IMG/VR virus record: IMGVR_UViG_3300027736_001324
Span: 186,001 to 250,000 of that record
Reading direction: 5' to 3' (one strand)
Length of the DNA stretch: 64,000 nucleotides
Shown here: piece after piece, positions 1-10,132 of the stretch
Position numbering within the stretch: the stretch's first letter is position 1
How the letters are laid out: every line of letters starts with the position of its first letter
Made by a program: the position numbers and the translations under genes
The notes under the pieces: generated by a model
Database searches by the model: none
The model's input: the letters and a program-made list of their open reading frames with translations, nothing else
What the model was told of the DNA's origin: nothing

Positions 1-154
1 TAATAGGCCATTAATTAATCAGCTTCATATGGTAATTGAAACGTATCGTAATGAAGCCAGCAAAAAACTTGACGATGTTATGAAAAAACAAAACATTCAA
101 GGTCAAGTATCAATACAAAAAGAGGATCAAATTGGCAACAAAAATAGAACGTGA
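1..154 (+). CDS. 3' end of hypothetical protein (partial)
   Basis: Open frame from window edge to TGA at 152-154, overlapping the next gene. Confidence 0.5.
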   Translation, partial: NRPLINQLHMVIETYRNEASKKLDDVMKKQNIQGQVSIQKEDQIGNKNRT

Positions 155-737
155 ATTCGCATTCCAAGCTGGGGTTTATTTTGAAGGTGAATTCTTAATG
201 ACCATATATGAACTTGCATTAAAAATGGAAGTTGATACAGCATCTATTAAAGAACAGAATATAGCAATGGACAGAATACATTACTTCTTGCATGAATGTT
301 TGGGTAATAGTATCTTTGTACAAGATTCAGAAAAAAAAGCTATAGAAAAGTATATGCAAGCTGATATCAAAGTCTGTACATTACCTGACGAACCATATGA
401 TCAAATCATAACCATATTATTATTGCTTAAACTAAATGCAATAACAGAAGGCAAACTGCATATTACCGATATTTCACTTATGTCTGGGTTAAGTGATGAT
501 GTTAAATTTGTATATGACATAGAAAATGTGTCTAATCACCCATTTGGTAATAAGGGCTGGTGGAGTGATAGTTCTACTAATATGTCAGATATAACCAAAT
601 CTAACAAAAAGGATAAAATTGTTAGACTGGTAAAACAACATTCTGATTGGTGGAGCGTTGGGTTAGATTGGGAACAAAAAGAATATACCACTACTGAAAT
701 TATTTTTAGTAATGACCATGAAAAACAACCATTATAG
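132..737 (+). CDS. hypothetical phage protein
   Basis: 201-aa ORF, TTG start; no recognisable motif. Confidence 0.6.
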   Translation: MATKIEREFAFQAGVYFEGEFLMTIYELALKMEVDTASIKEQNIAMDRIHYFLHECLGNSIFVQDSEKKAIEKYMQADIKVCTLPDEPYDQIITILLLLKLNAITEGKLHITDISLMSGLSDDVKFVYDIENVSNHPFGNKGWWSDSSTNMSDITKSNKKDKIVRLVKQHSDWWSVGLDWEQKEYTTTEIIFSNDHEKQPL

Positions 738-766
738 TTGATTTACACAAAAGTCTATGTTATAAT
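738..766 (+). promoter_or_regulatory. sigma70-type early promoter
   Basis: TTGATT-17bp-TATAAT, with ATG 6 nt after the -10. Confidence 0.75.
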
Positions 767-772
767 ACATAG

Positions 773-1288
773 ATGAAAATTGATAATTATGGACAAATAA
801 TTCTCACAGAAGATGATCTGTGTGATTTGTATATGAGTGATCCAGCCCGCACCATTAAAGATTGTCTTGTAGATAAGCAAATAAATCTGGACAGTACGCA
901 CATCTTTCTCTCAGAAGAAAATCTACCTACATTAGTAGAATACATAGATAAAAAATTATCAGTTGAAGAATTTGATAAAGAAAATCAATCTCAGTGGCAA
1001 ATGCCCGTAGAATACTACGAAATGGATATTGCTAAATGGGTATTAGATCAATGTAAAAACGAAGAAGAACTGCAACGTGCAGGCAACGAATTAATAAAAT
1101 TCCATGATAGGGATATGTTCCCATTATTGAAGTATTTAAAATATCTAGTTGACACAATGCGTAGAAACAATATTGTATGGGGCGTAGGTCGTGGTAGTAG
1201 TGTAGCAAGCTATGTATTGTATTTGATTGGAATTCATCGTATAAATAGTTTGTACTACCAATTATCGGTAGATGAATTTTTAAAATAA
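773..1288 (+). CDS. dnaE: DNA polymerase III alpha (DnaE)-like fragment
   Basis: IVWGVGRGSSVASYVLYLIGIHRIN matches the DnaE GxGRGSxxGSLVxYxLGIT motif; only 171 aa. Confidence 0.75.
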   Translation: MKIDNYGQIILTEDDLCDLYMSDPARTIKDCLVDKQINLDSTHIFLSEENLPTLVEYIDKKLSVEEFDKENQSQWQMPVEYYEMDIAKWVLDQCKNEEELQRAGNELIKFHDRDMFPLLKYLKYLVDTMRRNNIVWGVGRGSSVASYVLYLIGIHRINSLYYQLSVDEFLK

Positions 1289-1298
1289 GGAGATTAAA

Positions 1299-1661
1299 AT
1301 GGCTATAGTTAGATCCGCAATGGGAAAAAGTGTTGATATGTCAGCACTAGTATCCAAAAATGAAAAAACAAGAGCAGTGGGTAATGTTAAAAATCTAAAT
1401 GCACGTGGTGATACCATTGATGCATTTGGTAAAGTTATCAAACCCGTGACTGAAAAGGTAAATAATGCATACAGCAAAACAGTAGGTAATCGTTCTGCTC
1501 AACCGCTAAAAAGACCTAGACCAACAATTCAACCAGATTCTGCCCCTACCCCAACACTTGATTTGATTGAGTTAACCCCAGAAGAATTGGAATTGGAAGA
1601 ATCGTTTAATGATGATTTGGAAGTTGAACAAATCAAAGCCAAAGAAACAAAGAAGAAATAA
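1299..1661 (+). CDS. hypothetical protein
   Basis: 120-aa ORF with SD AGGAG. Confidence 0.7.
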   Translation: MAIVRSAMGKSVDMSALVSKNEKTRAVGNVKNLNARGDTIDAFGKVIKPVTEKVNNAYSKTVGNRSAQPLKRPRPTIQPDSAPTPTLDLIELTPEELELEESFNDDLEVEQIKAKETKKK

Positions 1662-1662
1662 C

Positions 1663-2043
1663 ATGGAAGAAAAGAAATTAGCATTTGACCCGCATAAATT
1701 CACTAAAGACCAATTCAGACCAATCGGCGCACATATCATTGTTTATGATATGAGTTTTGATGTTCGTATTACCACTAGTGGTATACTATTACCAAATGAT
1801 GATATGAAAAGTGCAGGTATCAGGCCTCGTTGGGGAAAGATATACAAGATTGGTGCAGAGAATAAAGACCCTGATTTGTATGAAGAATTATGGGTCATGG
1901 TAAGTCATGGTCGTTGGACACGTGGTATCGACATTGAAGATGAAACGGGTAAGAAAACATTGCGTAGAGTTGATCCTAGTGATATACTATTAGCGTCAGA
2001 TGAACAAGTATATGACGAAACATTTAGCGACAAGGTGTATTAA
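1663..2043 (+). CDS. groES: GroES-like co-chaperonin
   Basis: RPIGAHIIV...TTSGILLP...GKIYKIG resembles Cpn10 (PLxDRVxV...TxSGIxLP...GxVxxVG); ATG at 1663 preferred. Confidence 0.75.
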   Translation: MEEKKLAFDPHKFTKDQFRPIGAHIIVYDMSFDVRITTSGILLPNDDMKSAGIRPRWGKIYKIGAENKDPDLYEELWVMVSHGRWTRGIDIEDETGKKTLRRVDPSDILLASDEQVYDETFSDKVY

Positions 2044-2354
2044 TGATAAATTGGTTTAAGCAAAAAGTTATTAGCTGGGTTAGAGAAGATTGGAATAAAG
2101 TCCGTTCTGACGGGGATGTAAACTTACCTTCAAAATCTATTGGTATTGGTACTATTAATTCAGGTCGTAGGATAGATCAGTCAAATGGTATGAACTTTAC
2201 AATACATTCAGCAAACGGCGGATATGTTATGGAGTACAACAAATACGATCCTAGAACAGATGAACGCAATACTGCATTGCATATCATTACTAGTGATCAA
2301 GACTTAGGTCAAGGTATTTCACACATTATAACATTGGAGATGCTTAGAAAATGA
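2043..2354 (+). CDS. hypothetical protein
   Basis: 103-aa ORF coupled to neighbours. Confidence 0.65.
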   Translation: MINWFKQKVISWVREDWNKVRSDGDVNLPSKSIGIGTINSGRRIDQSNGMNFTIHSANGGYVMEYNKYDPRTDERNTALHIITSDQDLGQGISHIITLEMLRK

Positions 2355-3277
2355 AGAACCAACTTTGGGTTGAGCGTTATCGTCCAAAATCTGTAACAGA
2401 TTATGTCTTTGTAGATGAACGACAAAAACAACAAGTAGAAGGTTGGATCGCTAATGGTTCTATCCCACATCTATTACTAAGTGGTGACCCGGGCACAGGT
2501 AAGACTACTCTTGCTAAAGTTTTAATTAATGAACTTGGTGTAGAAGATTATGATGTATTAGAAATCAATGCTAGTCGTGAGAATGGTGTGGCAGTTGTGC
2601 GTGATAAGATTAATGGATTTGCTCAAACAATGCCCTTCGGTAAGTTTAAAGTGATTCTACTTGATGAAGCTGACTATACAAGTCCAGAGTTTCAAGCAGC
2701 ATTGCGTAATGATATGGAAGCATATGCTGATACAGTAAGATTCATTCTTACTTGTAACTATGAACACAAAATCATTCCAGCATTGCGTGAAAGTCGTTGT
2801 CACAAGTTTCATATCGCTAAACCCGATCGTACTGAGTACACTGCAAGGGCAGCAACTGTTCTTGTAACTGAGGGCATTGAGTTTGATTTGGATACATTGG
2901 ATAGTTATGTTCGTGTAGCATATCCAGACTTGCGTAAATGTTTGAATCAACTACAAGTCAATAGCAGCACAGGTAAGCTATTGCCCCCACAATCAGAAGG
3001 TAATAGTGAACACGAGTTACTGTTAGAAGCAACAACATTGTTTAAAGCTGGTAAAATTCTTGAGGGTCGCCAGCAACTGATGCAATACATTGCGTTGTAC
3101 CCAACACGTATTGAAGATACTTACAGGTGGATGTATGACAACTTAGACTTATGGGGAAAGCAACAAGAAAAACGTGATGCTAGTATCATTGTCATTCGTA
3201 ATGGTCTAGCAAACTTGCCGTTAGTTGGAATTCCTGAAATCTCATTAGCAGCAACATTAGTGGAGTTAACATCGTGA
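2351..3277 (+). CDS. clamp loader subunit (RFC small / T4 gp44-like AAA+)
   Basis: LWVERYRP, Walker A GDPGTGKT, EINAS, ILLDEAD, QAALR, FILTCN, SRC. Confidence 0.93.
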   Translation: MKNQLWVERYRPKSVTDYVFVDERQKQQVEGWIANGSIPHLLLSGDPGTGKTTLAKVLINELGVEDYDVLEINASRENGVAVVRDKINGFAQTMPFGKFKVILLDEADYTSPEFQAALRNDMEAYADTVRFILTCNYEHKIIPALRESRCHKFHIAKPDRTEYTARAATVLVTEGIEFDLDTLDSYVRVAYPDLRKCLNQLQVNSSTGKLLPPQSEGNSEHELLLEATTLFKAGKILEGRQQLMQYIALYPTRIEDTYRWMYDNLDLWGKQQEKRDASIIVIRNGLANLPLVGIPEISLAATLVELTS

Positions 3278-3540
3278 GATATTTATTGATTACCTTTGTC
3301 CGTAAACCTAATGGACAGATTGATGAACAAGTTAGTATTAGTAAGCGTGTACGCACCTCTGACATTCAAACCTGCAATGTCATTTTAGATTTTAATAAAA
3401 AGAAAATTGACAAATGCGTAATTGAAAGTAAGGTAGTAGATAGTGATTGGGATAAGATGATTGAATACTACAAAAAGGTATATCCAACGTTAATTGATCA
3501 ATTACAAAAGAATAATACTGAATCAGAAGTTCAGAAGTAA
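3274..3540 (+). CDS. hypothetical protein
   Basis: 88-aa ORF overlapping the clamp-loader stop. Confidence 0.6.
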   Translation: MRYLLITFVRKPNGQIDEQVSISKRVRTSDIQTCNVILDFNKKKIDKCVIESKVVDSDWDKMIEYYKKVYPTLIDQLQKNNTESEVQK

Positions 3541-3564
3541 AAGAGGGGCATTGCCCCTCTTTTT
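3539..3564. terminator. bidirectional intrinsic terminator
   Basis: AAAAGAGGGGC-ATT-GCCCCTCTTTTT between convergent genes. Confidence 0.9.
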
Positions 3565-4345
3565 AACTGTACAAGTTTAGTACATGTTCAATGATGCGGT
3601 GCCGTTGAACATCTTTAATGTCAAAAGTACATAACTGCAACCCTGGTATCACCCCCTTCCCCAATCGATTTTGTAAGTCTAGTAGCCCATTGTCGGCTGA
3701 TTTTCTATCGGCTTGTTCAATATCGCCAGTAATTACAATCTTACTGCCAACGCCGATTCTAGTCATAATCATTTTGAGTTGACCAGGTGTTGCATTTTGC
3801 GCTTCATCTAACACTACCCAACTATGTTTGAAGTTACGACCACGACAGAATGCTAATGGAGCAATCTCTATAATCTGTTCTTCCAACATATGAGTAATTT
3901 CTGCTTGTGTGTAATACTCACGTAATACATCCATTAAGGGTCTTGTCCAAGGTTCCATCTTTTGATTGATATCACCAGGCAAGAAGCCGTGTTTTTCGTC
4001 ATCTACTCCTACAGCGGGACGAGACAATATGATTCTATCACATTCTCCGTCACGCATTGCTTTAATAGCCGCCTGCATTGCTAAATAAGTTTTACCAGTA
4101 CCGGCCGGACCAGTGACAACAACAATATCGGTGTTCTCATCTAATAGAGACATTATGTAATTTTCTTGATTTAGAGATTTGGGGACTAACTGTACGGGCC
4201 GCTTATTGATCCTTACAGATTTTGCTTGCGAGAAATCTATTGTTTTTGATTCTTTCATGTAAAAAGTTTGATTTGTTTGTTTTTTGCTTGAAAAGCGTGG
4301 ATCTTGCTGAGTAGTGCGTAAAGCACTGGTTTTCCGTTTGCTCAA
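3563..4345 (-). CDS. phoH: PhoH-family ATPase
   Basis: GPAGTGKT, RIILSRP, GFLPGD, PLAFCRGR, LDEAQN, TGDIEQ. Confidence 0.95.
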   Translation of the reverse strand: MSKRKTSALRTTQQDPRFSSKKQTNQTFYMKESKTIDFSQAKSVRINKRPVQLVPKSLNQENYIMSLLDENTDIVVVTGPAGTGKTYLAMQAAIKAMRDGECDRIILSRPAVGVDDEKHGFLPGDINQKMEPWTRPLMDVLREYYTQAEITHMLEEQIIEIAPLAFCRGRNFKHSWVVLDEAQNATPGQLKMIMTRIGVGSKIVITGDIEQADRKSADNGLLDLQNRLGKGVIPGLQLCTFDIKDVQRHRIIEHVLNLYS

Positions 4346-4504
4346 TGTAAATTCTCCTTTATAAGAGCGGGTGAGTACTCATAATACTCAATATTATTTA
4401 AAGCCAAAAATCTTGTGTAATGTATCAGACTTTTAACGCAATATTTTAGACTAAATACTTGGCTTAACAGCAAAATATTGAAATAGTGCTATTAATCAAT
4501 TAAA

Positions 4505-4512
4505 GATAAATA
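4505..4512 (+). promoter_or_regulatory. T4-like late promoter (NNTAAATA)
   Basis: GATAAATA 5 nt before ATG 4518. Same core precedes genes at 10108, 12479, 13469, 17023, 23133, 23683, 34408, 37183, 46504(-), 56885(-), 57615, 57987, 61257. Core is common in AT-rich DNA, so support is positional. Confidence 0.6.
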
Positions 4513-4517
4513 TATTA

Positions 4518-5135
4518 ATGAAGCACGAAGCCGCCGACAATTTCTTTGATAATGTTGATTATGTCAGCATTGTAGACACCGTAAAGGGTATATTTACCAG
4601 TGACGGGTCAATGAACACCCTACTAGACTTTGAACGAGTACTAGACGAATCCGATCTTTACGCCTACCGTAACTGGGAATTAGGTGAATTAGTTCAAGGT
4701 CCTAACATAAAACGCTATACAGTTAGTTGCATATTCATGTGGCCATACAAGTTAATGCCTAATCCCAAAGGTGCTAGACGTTTAGTAGCAATTGGATGTA
4801 AGGTTAAGTTTGCTAAATCTGAAGTTGAAGTTCCAGTAGAAGTTAAAGATTATGAAGATTATGTTCCTGGTACACGTTATCCTAAGATGGCACCAAAGAA
4901 AGTTTGGTTTGTTTACATAGAGATACCAAAAGACTTATTGGATGATATTAAAGAAGGCTCTATTGACTTAGCTGGGCAGACAATTGATTTGGAAGAACTA
5001 GATGATTCATATGATGAAGATTTGGATCAAGATTCTACTACTGATCAGGAAGAACAAGAACAAGATGCAGGTATGGGAATGGGTGGAATGCCTCCAGGCG
5101 CCCCACCCGGAGCACCTCCTGCACCCGCAATGTAA
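4518..5135 (+). CDS. conserved jumbo-phage protein, acidic/Pro-rich tail
   Basis: 205-aa ORF; LLDFERVLDESDLYAYRNW...GELVQGP is reminiscent of RaK2/GAP32-type phage proteins (from memory). Confidence 0.65.
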   Translation: MKHEAADNFFDNVDYVSIVDTVKGIFTSDGSMNTLLDFERVLDESDLYAYRNWELGELVQGPNIKRYTVSCIFMWPYKLMPNPKGARRLVAIGCKVKFAKSEVEVPVEVKDYEDYVPGTRYPKMAPKKVWFVYIEIPKDLLDDIKEGSIDLAGQTIDLEELDDSYDEDLDQDSTTDQEEQEQDAGMGMGGMPPGAPPGAPPAPAM

Positions 5136-5143
5136 GGTATAAC

Positions 5144-5692
5144 ATGACAAGAAGAATCATTAATGAAGGATTAGATTATTTGGATATGGTAGACCAAATT
5201 GAACCTACCGTTTCCGTAGATGAATATTCTGCTAAGATGGGTAAAGACAGTGATATTGTTACATTAGCATTTACTGTTAAAAGTGAAGCAGCAGGCAATG
5301 ATTTAGTTGATTGGTTTGAACGTGGGTATGATTGGGTACTTGATGCTAGTTTAAGTGAAGGTGAATTAAGTCCAGGCAAATATCTAGTATTTGTTGAGAT
5401 GAAACGCAGAACAAAAGTCCCAGAACGTATTGTAGAATTAATAGAAGATTTAGAAACATTAACAGATTTAAAAGTAACCGAGTGGACTATAAATATTGAT
5501 GAAGAAGATTATGATGCTGATGCAGATTTATTGAAACAAAAAATTACTATTAGTCCACATGAATATCGTGAAGAAAATGAAGATGAAGAAGGTTTAAATG
5601 AGATGCGTCATCGTGCAGGATTAGATACAATAAATCTACACGGCGAACCAGATAGCGAATTAAAAGCATTTATATCAATGGCAGGGTTATAA
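5144..5692 (+). CDS. hypothetical late protein
   Basis: 182-aa acidic ORF beginning MTRRIINE. Confidence 0.7.
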   Translation: MTRRIINEGLDYLDMVDQIEPTVSVDEYSAKMGKDSDIVTLAFTVKSEAAGNDLVDWFERGYDWVLDASLSEGELSPGKYLVFVEMKRRTKVPERIVELIEDLETLTDLKVTEWTINIDEEDYDADADLLKQKITISPHEYREENEDEEGLNEMRHRAGLDTINLHGEPDSELKAFISMAGL

Positions 5693-5693
5693 A

Positions 5694-6293
5694 ATGGCAA
5701 CTATATTAGCACAAAAGTCAACAACAGATTCAGCAGTAGCAAAGAGTGACGATCACCACGATATGTTAGCGGCTGATCCTACTATATCTCAATTTCCACA
5801 AGGAAGCACTTATGGAACTATCAGCACTACAACAGGCTTTGGTGGAAATTCAACGTTTGGAACAGGAACGTCTGGATTCAATCAAAACAGTTTTAACTCC
5901 CCAGGATTCAATCAACAACCAAGTACAGGATTTGGAAGTACACAAAACATTAATCAATCAACAGGACAGCAACCCGTATTAACTGGTGCTGCACCCACTA
6001 ATGCAGCAAGTGGTGCCGATATATTAGTTGCACATGACAAAGAAAGCGAACATTGGGTAAATTCAAAATGGCGCCCTATGATGGGATGGTTATATATGTC
6101 TACCTGTTTTGCAGATTTTATTTTGTTTCCCGTTCTTTGGAGTCTATTGCAAGCATTAAACCATGGACAAGTTACTAGTCAGTGGCAACCACTAACCTTA
6201 CAGGGTGCAGGACTATATCATATTGCTATGGGTGCTGTATTGGGTATCGCAGCATATGGCCGCACTAAAGAAAAGGTTGCCGGCGCTAATTAA
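5694..6293 (+). CDS. putative holin (GTA holin-3TM-like) with low-complexity N-terminus
   Basis: KWRPMMGW, hydrophobic segments, MGAVLGIAAYGRTKEK C-terminus. Confidence 0.6.
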   Translation: MATILAQKSTTDSAVAKSDDHHDMLAADPTISQFPQGSTYGTISTTTGFGGNSTFGTGTSGFNQNSFNSPGFNQQPSTGFGSTQNINQSTGQQPVLTGAAPTNAASGADILVAHDKESEHWVNSKWRPMMGWLYMSTCFADFILFPVLWSLLQALNHGQVTSQWQPLTLQGAGLYHIAMGAVLGIAAYGRTKEKVAGAN

Positions 6294-6298
6294 AAGTG

Positions 6299-6327
6299 TT
6301 GACAATAGCATAGTAGTATGCTATAAT
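6299..6327 (+). promoter_or_regulatory. sigma70-type early promoter
   Basis: Perfect TTGACA-17bp-TATAAT; ATG 6 nt downstream. Confidence 0.9.
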
Positions 6328-6333
6328 GTTTAA

Positions 6334-7140
6334 ATGGACCATTACAATACTTTGGGTGTTAGTAAAAATGCAACCCCTGATGAAATAAAAAAATCATATC
6401 GCAAATTGGCTAGTCAGCATCATCCTGATAAAGGCGGCGACAAGGCTAAATTTCAAGATATACAAGCGGCTTACGATACATTAAGCAGCCCAGAAAAACG
6501 TCAACAATATGATAATCCCATGCCACAAGGATTTCACCATCAGGGTGGAATGCCTCAAGGATTTGAACACATATTTGGGCAGATGTTTGGTGGCGGTAAC
6601 CCGTTTGACCCGTTTAATCAACGTAGACAACAACCACAACAACAAGTATTCCGTACTACAATAAACATATCACTAGAACAAGCATTCAACGGCGGTGAAC
6701 AATTATTGAAATTACAAACACCTACTAATGTTCATGCGGTAACTATTCAAATACCCAAAGGGGTACAAAATGGTAATCAAATGAAAATCGATAACGTATT
6801 AGATGGTGCTAGTTTAGTAGTAGATTTTCGTATCGACCCGCATCTTAAATATGATAGACAAGGTAATGATTTAGTTTGTAACCATTCTATATCAGTATTA
6901 GATTTGATTATTGGAACTACTTTTGAATTCACGACCTTATCTGGAAAAACACTTGAGGTAACAGTAAAACCACGAACACAACCCTATATACAATTGAAAT
7001 TAACAGGACAAGGTATGCCCATCTACAACACTAGTGGATACGGTGACCAAATAATCTTGCTAAAACCGTTTATTCCTGATATCATTGATGAAGCGGTTAT
7101 CAATAGCATTTCTCAACAAAAACTAAAGGAGTCTAAATGA
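6334..7140 (+). CDS. dnaJ: DnaJ/CbpA-like co-chaperone (no zinc finger)
   Basis: J-domain with HPD (YRKLASQHHPDKGG), G/F region, C-terminal domain. Confidence 0.92.
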   Translation: MDHYNTLGVSKNATPDEIKKSYRKLASQHHPDKGGDKAKFQDIQAAYDTLSSPEKRQQYDNPMPQGFHHQGGMPQGFEHIFGQMFGGGNPFDPFNQRRQQPQQQVFRTTINISLEQAFNGGEQLLKLQTPTNVHAVTIQIPKGVQNGNQMKIDNVLDGASLVVDFRIDPHLKYDRQGNDLVCNHSISVLDLIIGTTFEFTTLSGKTLEVTVKPRTQPYIQLKLTGQGMPIYNTSGYGDQIILLKPFIPDIIDEAVINSISQQKLKESK

Positions 7141-9398
7141 CACATTCACCCGAAATCGAAAACATTATTGAACAATCAATTGAGTTTGCTAAAAGTCGTA
7201 AACACCAATATGTTACAGTAGAACATTTATTGCTAGCACTAATAAGCCACACTTCATTTAAAAAATGTATAGTAAGTTATGGTGCTGATGTAGAAACTAT
7301 GATCCTGGAAATTGGTTCATATTTGGATAGTCTACATGCTATCGTAAGCAAAGAAGATGAAGTAGTTCCACGCAAAACAAATAGTTTGGAACGTGTAATG
7401 AATCGTTCAGTAACACAAGTTTTGTTTACTGGTCGTAGACAAGTCACTACAGTTGATTTATATCTAAGTATCGCATCCGAAGGCAATAGTCATGCTCATT
7501 ATTTCTTATTGAAGTATGGAATTAGCAAAAATGAATTCGTAGCACATTGGCAGAAAAATTATAAACATAACGAAACTACTAATCTAACAGATGGTCAAGC
7601 TGACGAGATCCTTGAGGAATATACAATCAATCTAACTCAACTAGCAGCACAGGGCAAACTTGAACCATTGATCGGTCGCACAAAAGAACTTGATGATATC
7701 ATTAACGTACTTGCTAAACGTTTCAAGTCAAACGTATTGATGGTCGGTGATCCTGGCGTTGGTAAAACAGCAATTGCTGAAGGTCTAGCACAGATGATGA
7801 TTAACAAAGAAGTTCCAGAATTTTTGCAGGATCATCAACTATATAGTTTAGAAGTGGGTAGTTTGCTTGCTGGTAGTAAGTATCGCGGAGACTTTGAAGA
7901 AAAGGTCAAAGCAGTATTAGATGCACTGAACACAAAGAAAAAGACTATTCTTTTCATTGATGAAGCACACACTATGCAGGGTTCAGGTGGCTCAAACAAT
8001 GGGTCAGTTGACTTTGCTAATATGATTAAACCCGCAATCACTAAGGGCACTCTTAAAGTTATTGCTAGCACAACTTGGGAAGAATACTACGAAAGTTTTG
8101 AGAAGGATCGTGCATTGATGCGTAGGTTCTATCGTGTAACTGTTGACGAACCTAACCATGATACAACAATTCGTATTCTGAATGGGTTGAGTAGCCGACT
8201 GAATGATTTCCACAACGTTGAAATCACAGATGAAGCTATCAAAGCAGCAGTTGAAAGTGCTGACCGTTACATTCATGACCGAAAGAACCCGGACAAGAGT
8301 ATTGATTTGCTTGATGCCGCTTGTGCTAAACAACGTGTAGCAGAGAACAAGGGCGCAATGATTACTAAAGAACTTGTGTTTGACCAAGTTGAACGATTCA
8401 CTGGCGTACCTGCTGATAAGATGAAGGGTGATAACTTTGAATTGATTCATAAATTAGAATCAAACATTAAGGACAAACTATACGGACAAGATGAAACTGT
8501 ACAACAGGTACTTGAACGTGTTTATGTTTCATTTGCTGGTATCGGCAATGATAAGAAACCTACAGCAAGTTTCTTATTCTTAGGACCAACTGGTACTGGT
8601 AAGACTGAACTTGCTAAACTATTGAGTAAGAACTTAGATATGCCATTGCTTAAGTATGATATGAGTGAGTATGGAGAGAAGCATAGTGTTAGCAGTTTGA
8701 TTGGACCTCCTCCTGGATATGTTGGCTTTGGTGACAGTCAAGTGAGTGGTGGACGATTGATTAATGACTTGAGTAAGAACCCACATAGTATCATGTTATT
8801 TGATGAAGTTGAGAAAGCACATCCAGATATCTTTAATATCTTCTTACAGATGTTGGATGAAGGTCATATCACTGGATCTAATGGCAAGCAAGTTAACTGT
8901 AAGAACAGTATCATTATCATGACCAGTAACTTGGGTAGTAGTGATAGTGAACGCAACAACATTGGATTTGGTAATCAAGAGAAGACCGGTGAAGATGATA
9001 GAGCATTGAAAGAATTCTTTAAACCTGAGTTTAGAAATCGTGTTGACTTGATTTGCAAGTTTAACAAGTTAGATACCCTTGCTATTAAGAAGATTGTTAT
9101 CAAGTTTACCGATGACTTGAAAAAGAGTTTGGTTGATAAGCATGATATCACATTGAACTTGAGTGAGCCAGTAGTTGAGTATTTGGCAGAACAAGGTTAC
9201 GATAAGAAAATGGGCGCACGACCATTAGCACGTAAGATTGATGAATTGATTCGGGTGCCTCTAAGTAAAAAAGTATTGTTTGAACGCATTAAATCTGCTA
9301 CAATCAATGTTGTGATGACAGACGGTGCAATTGATTTTGCAGTAACACAAAAATTAACAGCGAAAGTAAATGAAAATGGGATTATTGAGGTCAGTTAA
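7137..9398 (+). CDS. clpA: ClpA-like AAA+ chaperone
   Basis: EHLLLAL N-domain, GDPGVGKT and GPTGTGKT Walker A, FIDEAH, DMSEY, GPPPGYVG, FDEVEKAH, MGARPL. Confidence 0.93.
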   Translation: MTHSPEIENIIEQSIEFAKSRKHQYVTVEHLLLALISHTSFKKCIVSYGADVETMILEIGSYLDSLHAIVSKEDEVVPRKTNSLERVMNRSVTQVLFTGRRQVTTVDLYLSIASEGNSHAHYFLLKYGISKNEFVAHWQKNYKHNETTNLTDGQADEILEEYTINLTQLAAQGKLEPLIGRTKELDDIINVLAKRFKSNVLMVGDPGVGKTAIAEGLAQMMINKEVPEFLQDHQLYSLEVGSLLAGSKYRGDFEEKVKAVLDALNTKKKTILFIDEAHTMQGSGGSNNGSVDFANMIKPAITKGTLKVIASTTWEEYYESFEKDRALMRRFYRVTVDEPNHDTTIRILNGLSSRLNDFHNVEITDEAIKAAVESADRYIHDRKNPDKSIDLLDAACAKQRVAENKGAMITKELVFDQVERFTGVPADKMKGDNFELIHKLESNIKDKLYGQDETVQQVLERVYVSFAGIGNDKKPTASFLFLGPTGTGKTELAKLLSKNLDMPLLKYDMSEYGEKHSVSSLIGPPPGYVGFGDSQVSGGRLINDLSKNPHSIMLFDEVEKAHPDIFNIFLQMLDEGHITGSNGKQVNCKNSIIIMTSNLGSSDSERNNIGFGNQEKTGEDDRALKEFFKPEFRNRVDLICKFNKLDTLAIKKIVIKFTDDLKKSLVDKHDITLNLSEPVVEYLAEQGYDKKMGARPLARKIDELIRVPLSKKVLFERIKSATINVVMTDGAIDFAVTQKLTAKVNENGIIEVS

Positions 9399-10104
9399 AG
9401 ACGTTCCTAATATTGATTATTATGAATATAAGGAAAACAACTATTACGGTAAATATAGATATCGTGCTAAATTCAGAATAGATGGGTTGGGTCTTTCTAG
9501 CTATGTTGAAACTCCAGAAGATTTAGTAAAACGAATAGATTCTACTGGATACAATAGATTAAGAGTAGATAGAAAAGCTATGGTTGTAGGAAATTTCAAC
9601 GAAATTACTAACTTCATTGATTGGCGTAATAGTAACAAAAAGCCCGGATCAATAACGTTTAGACTTGAGGGTGATACATCTTCAGTTTATAGTAATGATT
9701 TAGAATTATTGCTGACATTAAAGGACCTTGGACCGATTACTGTAAAAATTACTGAGGTACAAGTAGAGCAGTTTGCTGGTACAAAATACTATGTTAATAA
9801 GCCAAAGCATAACTACAGGATTTACTTAAAAACTGCGTACATTGAAGATAAAACTTTTGTTAAAGATTTATATGATACTGTTAGTAAAAGTAAAGAATTA
9901 GTCCCTAGCGATGCGCTATGCAAATGGTTAGACGGGTATGTTAAACGGCCGATTGCTGCACTTAACAGTTGGAGTTATCGTTATACTAGTGGAACTCATT
10001 CTATTGATTACGATAATGAAAGTACATTAAGTTATCTGGTGCTAATGTATGGCCATATGCTTGGAAAACGATACAAATTAGAAAAACGTCCCGATCCTGT
10101 CTAA
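9370..10104 (+). CDS. hypothetical protein
   Basis: 244-aa ORF. Confidence 0.65.
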   Translation: MKMGLLRSVKDVPNIDYYEYKENNYYGKYRYRAKFRIDGLGLSSYVETPEDLVKRIDSTGYNRLRVDRKAMVVGNFNEITNFIDWRNSNKKPGSITFRLEGDTSSVYSNDLELLLTLKDLGPITVKITEVQVEQFAGTKYYVNKPKHNYRIYLKTAYIEDKTFVKDLYDTVSKSKELVPSDALCKWLDGYVKRPIAALNSWSYRYTSGTHSIDYDNESTLSYLVLMYGHMLGKRYKLEKRPDPV

Positions 10105-10132
10105 AATGATAAATACTCTATGGAGTATTATC

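Noticed and set aside
5060-5135. GMGMGGM tail as evidence for a GroEL gene
   Set aside because: Only a low-complexity tail on a 205-aa protein with no chaperonin motifs.
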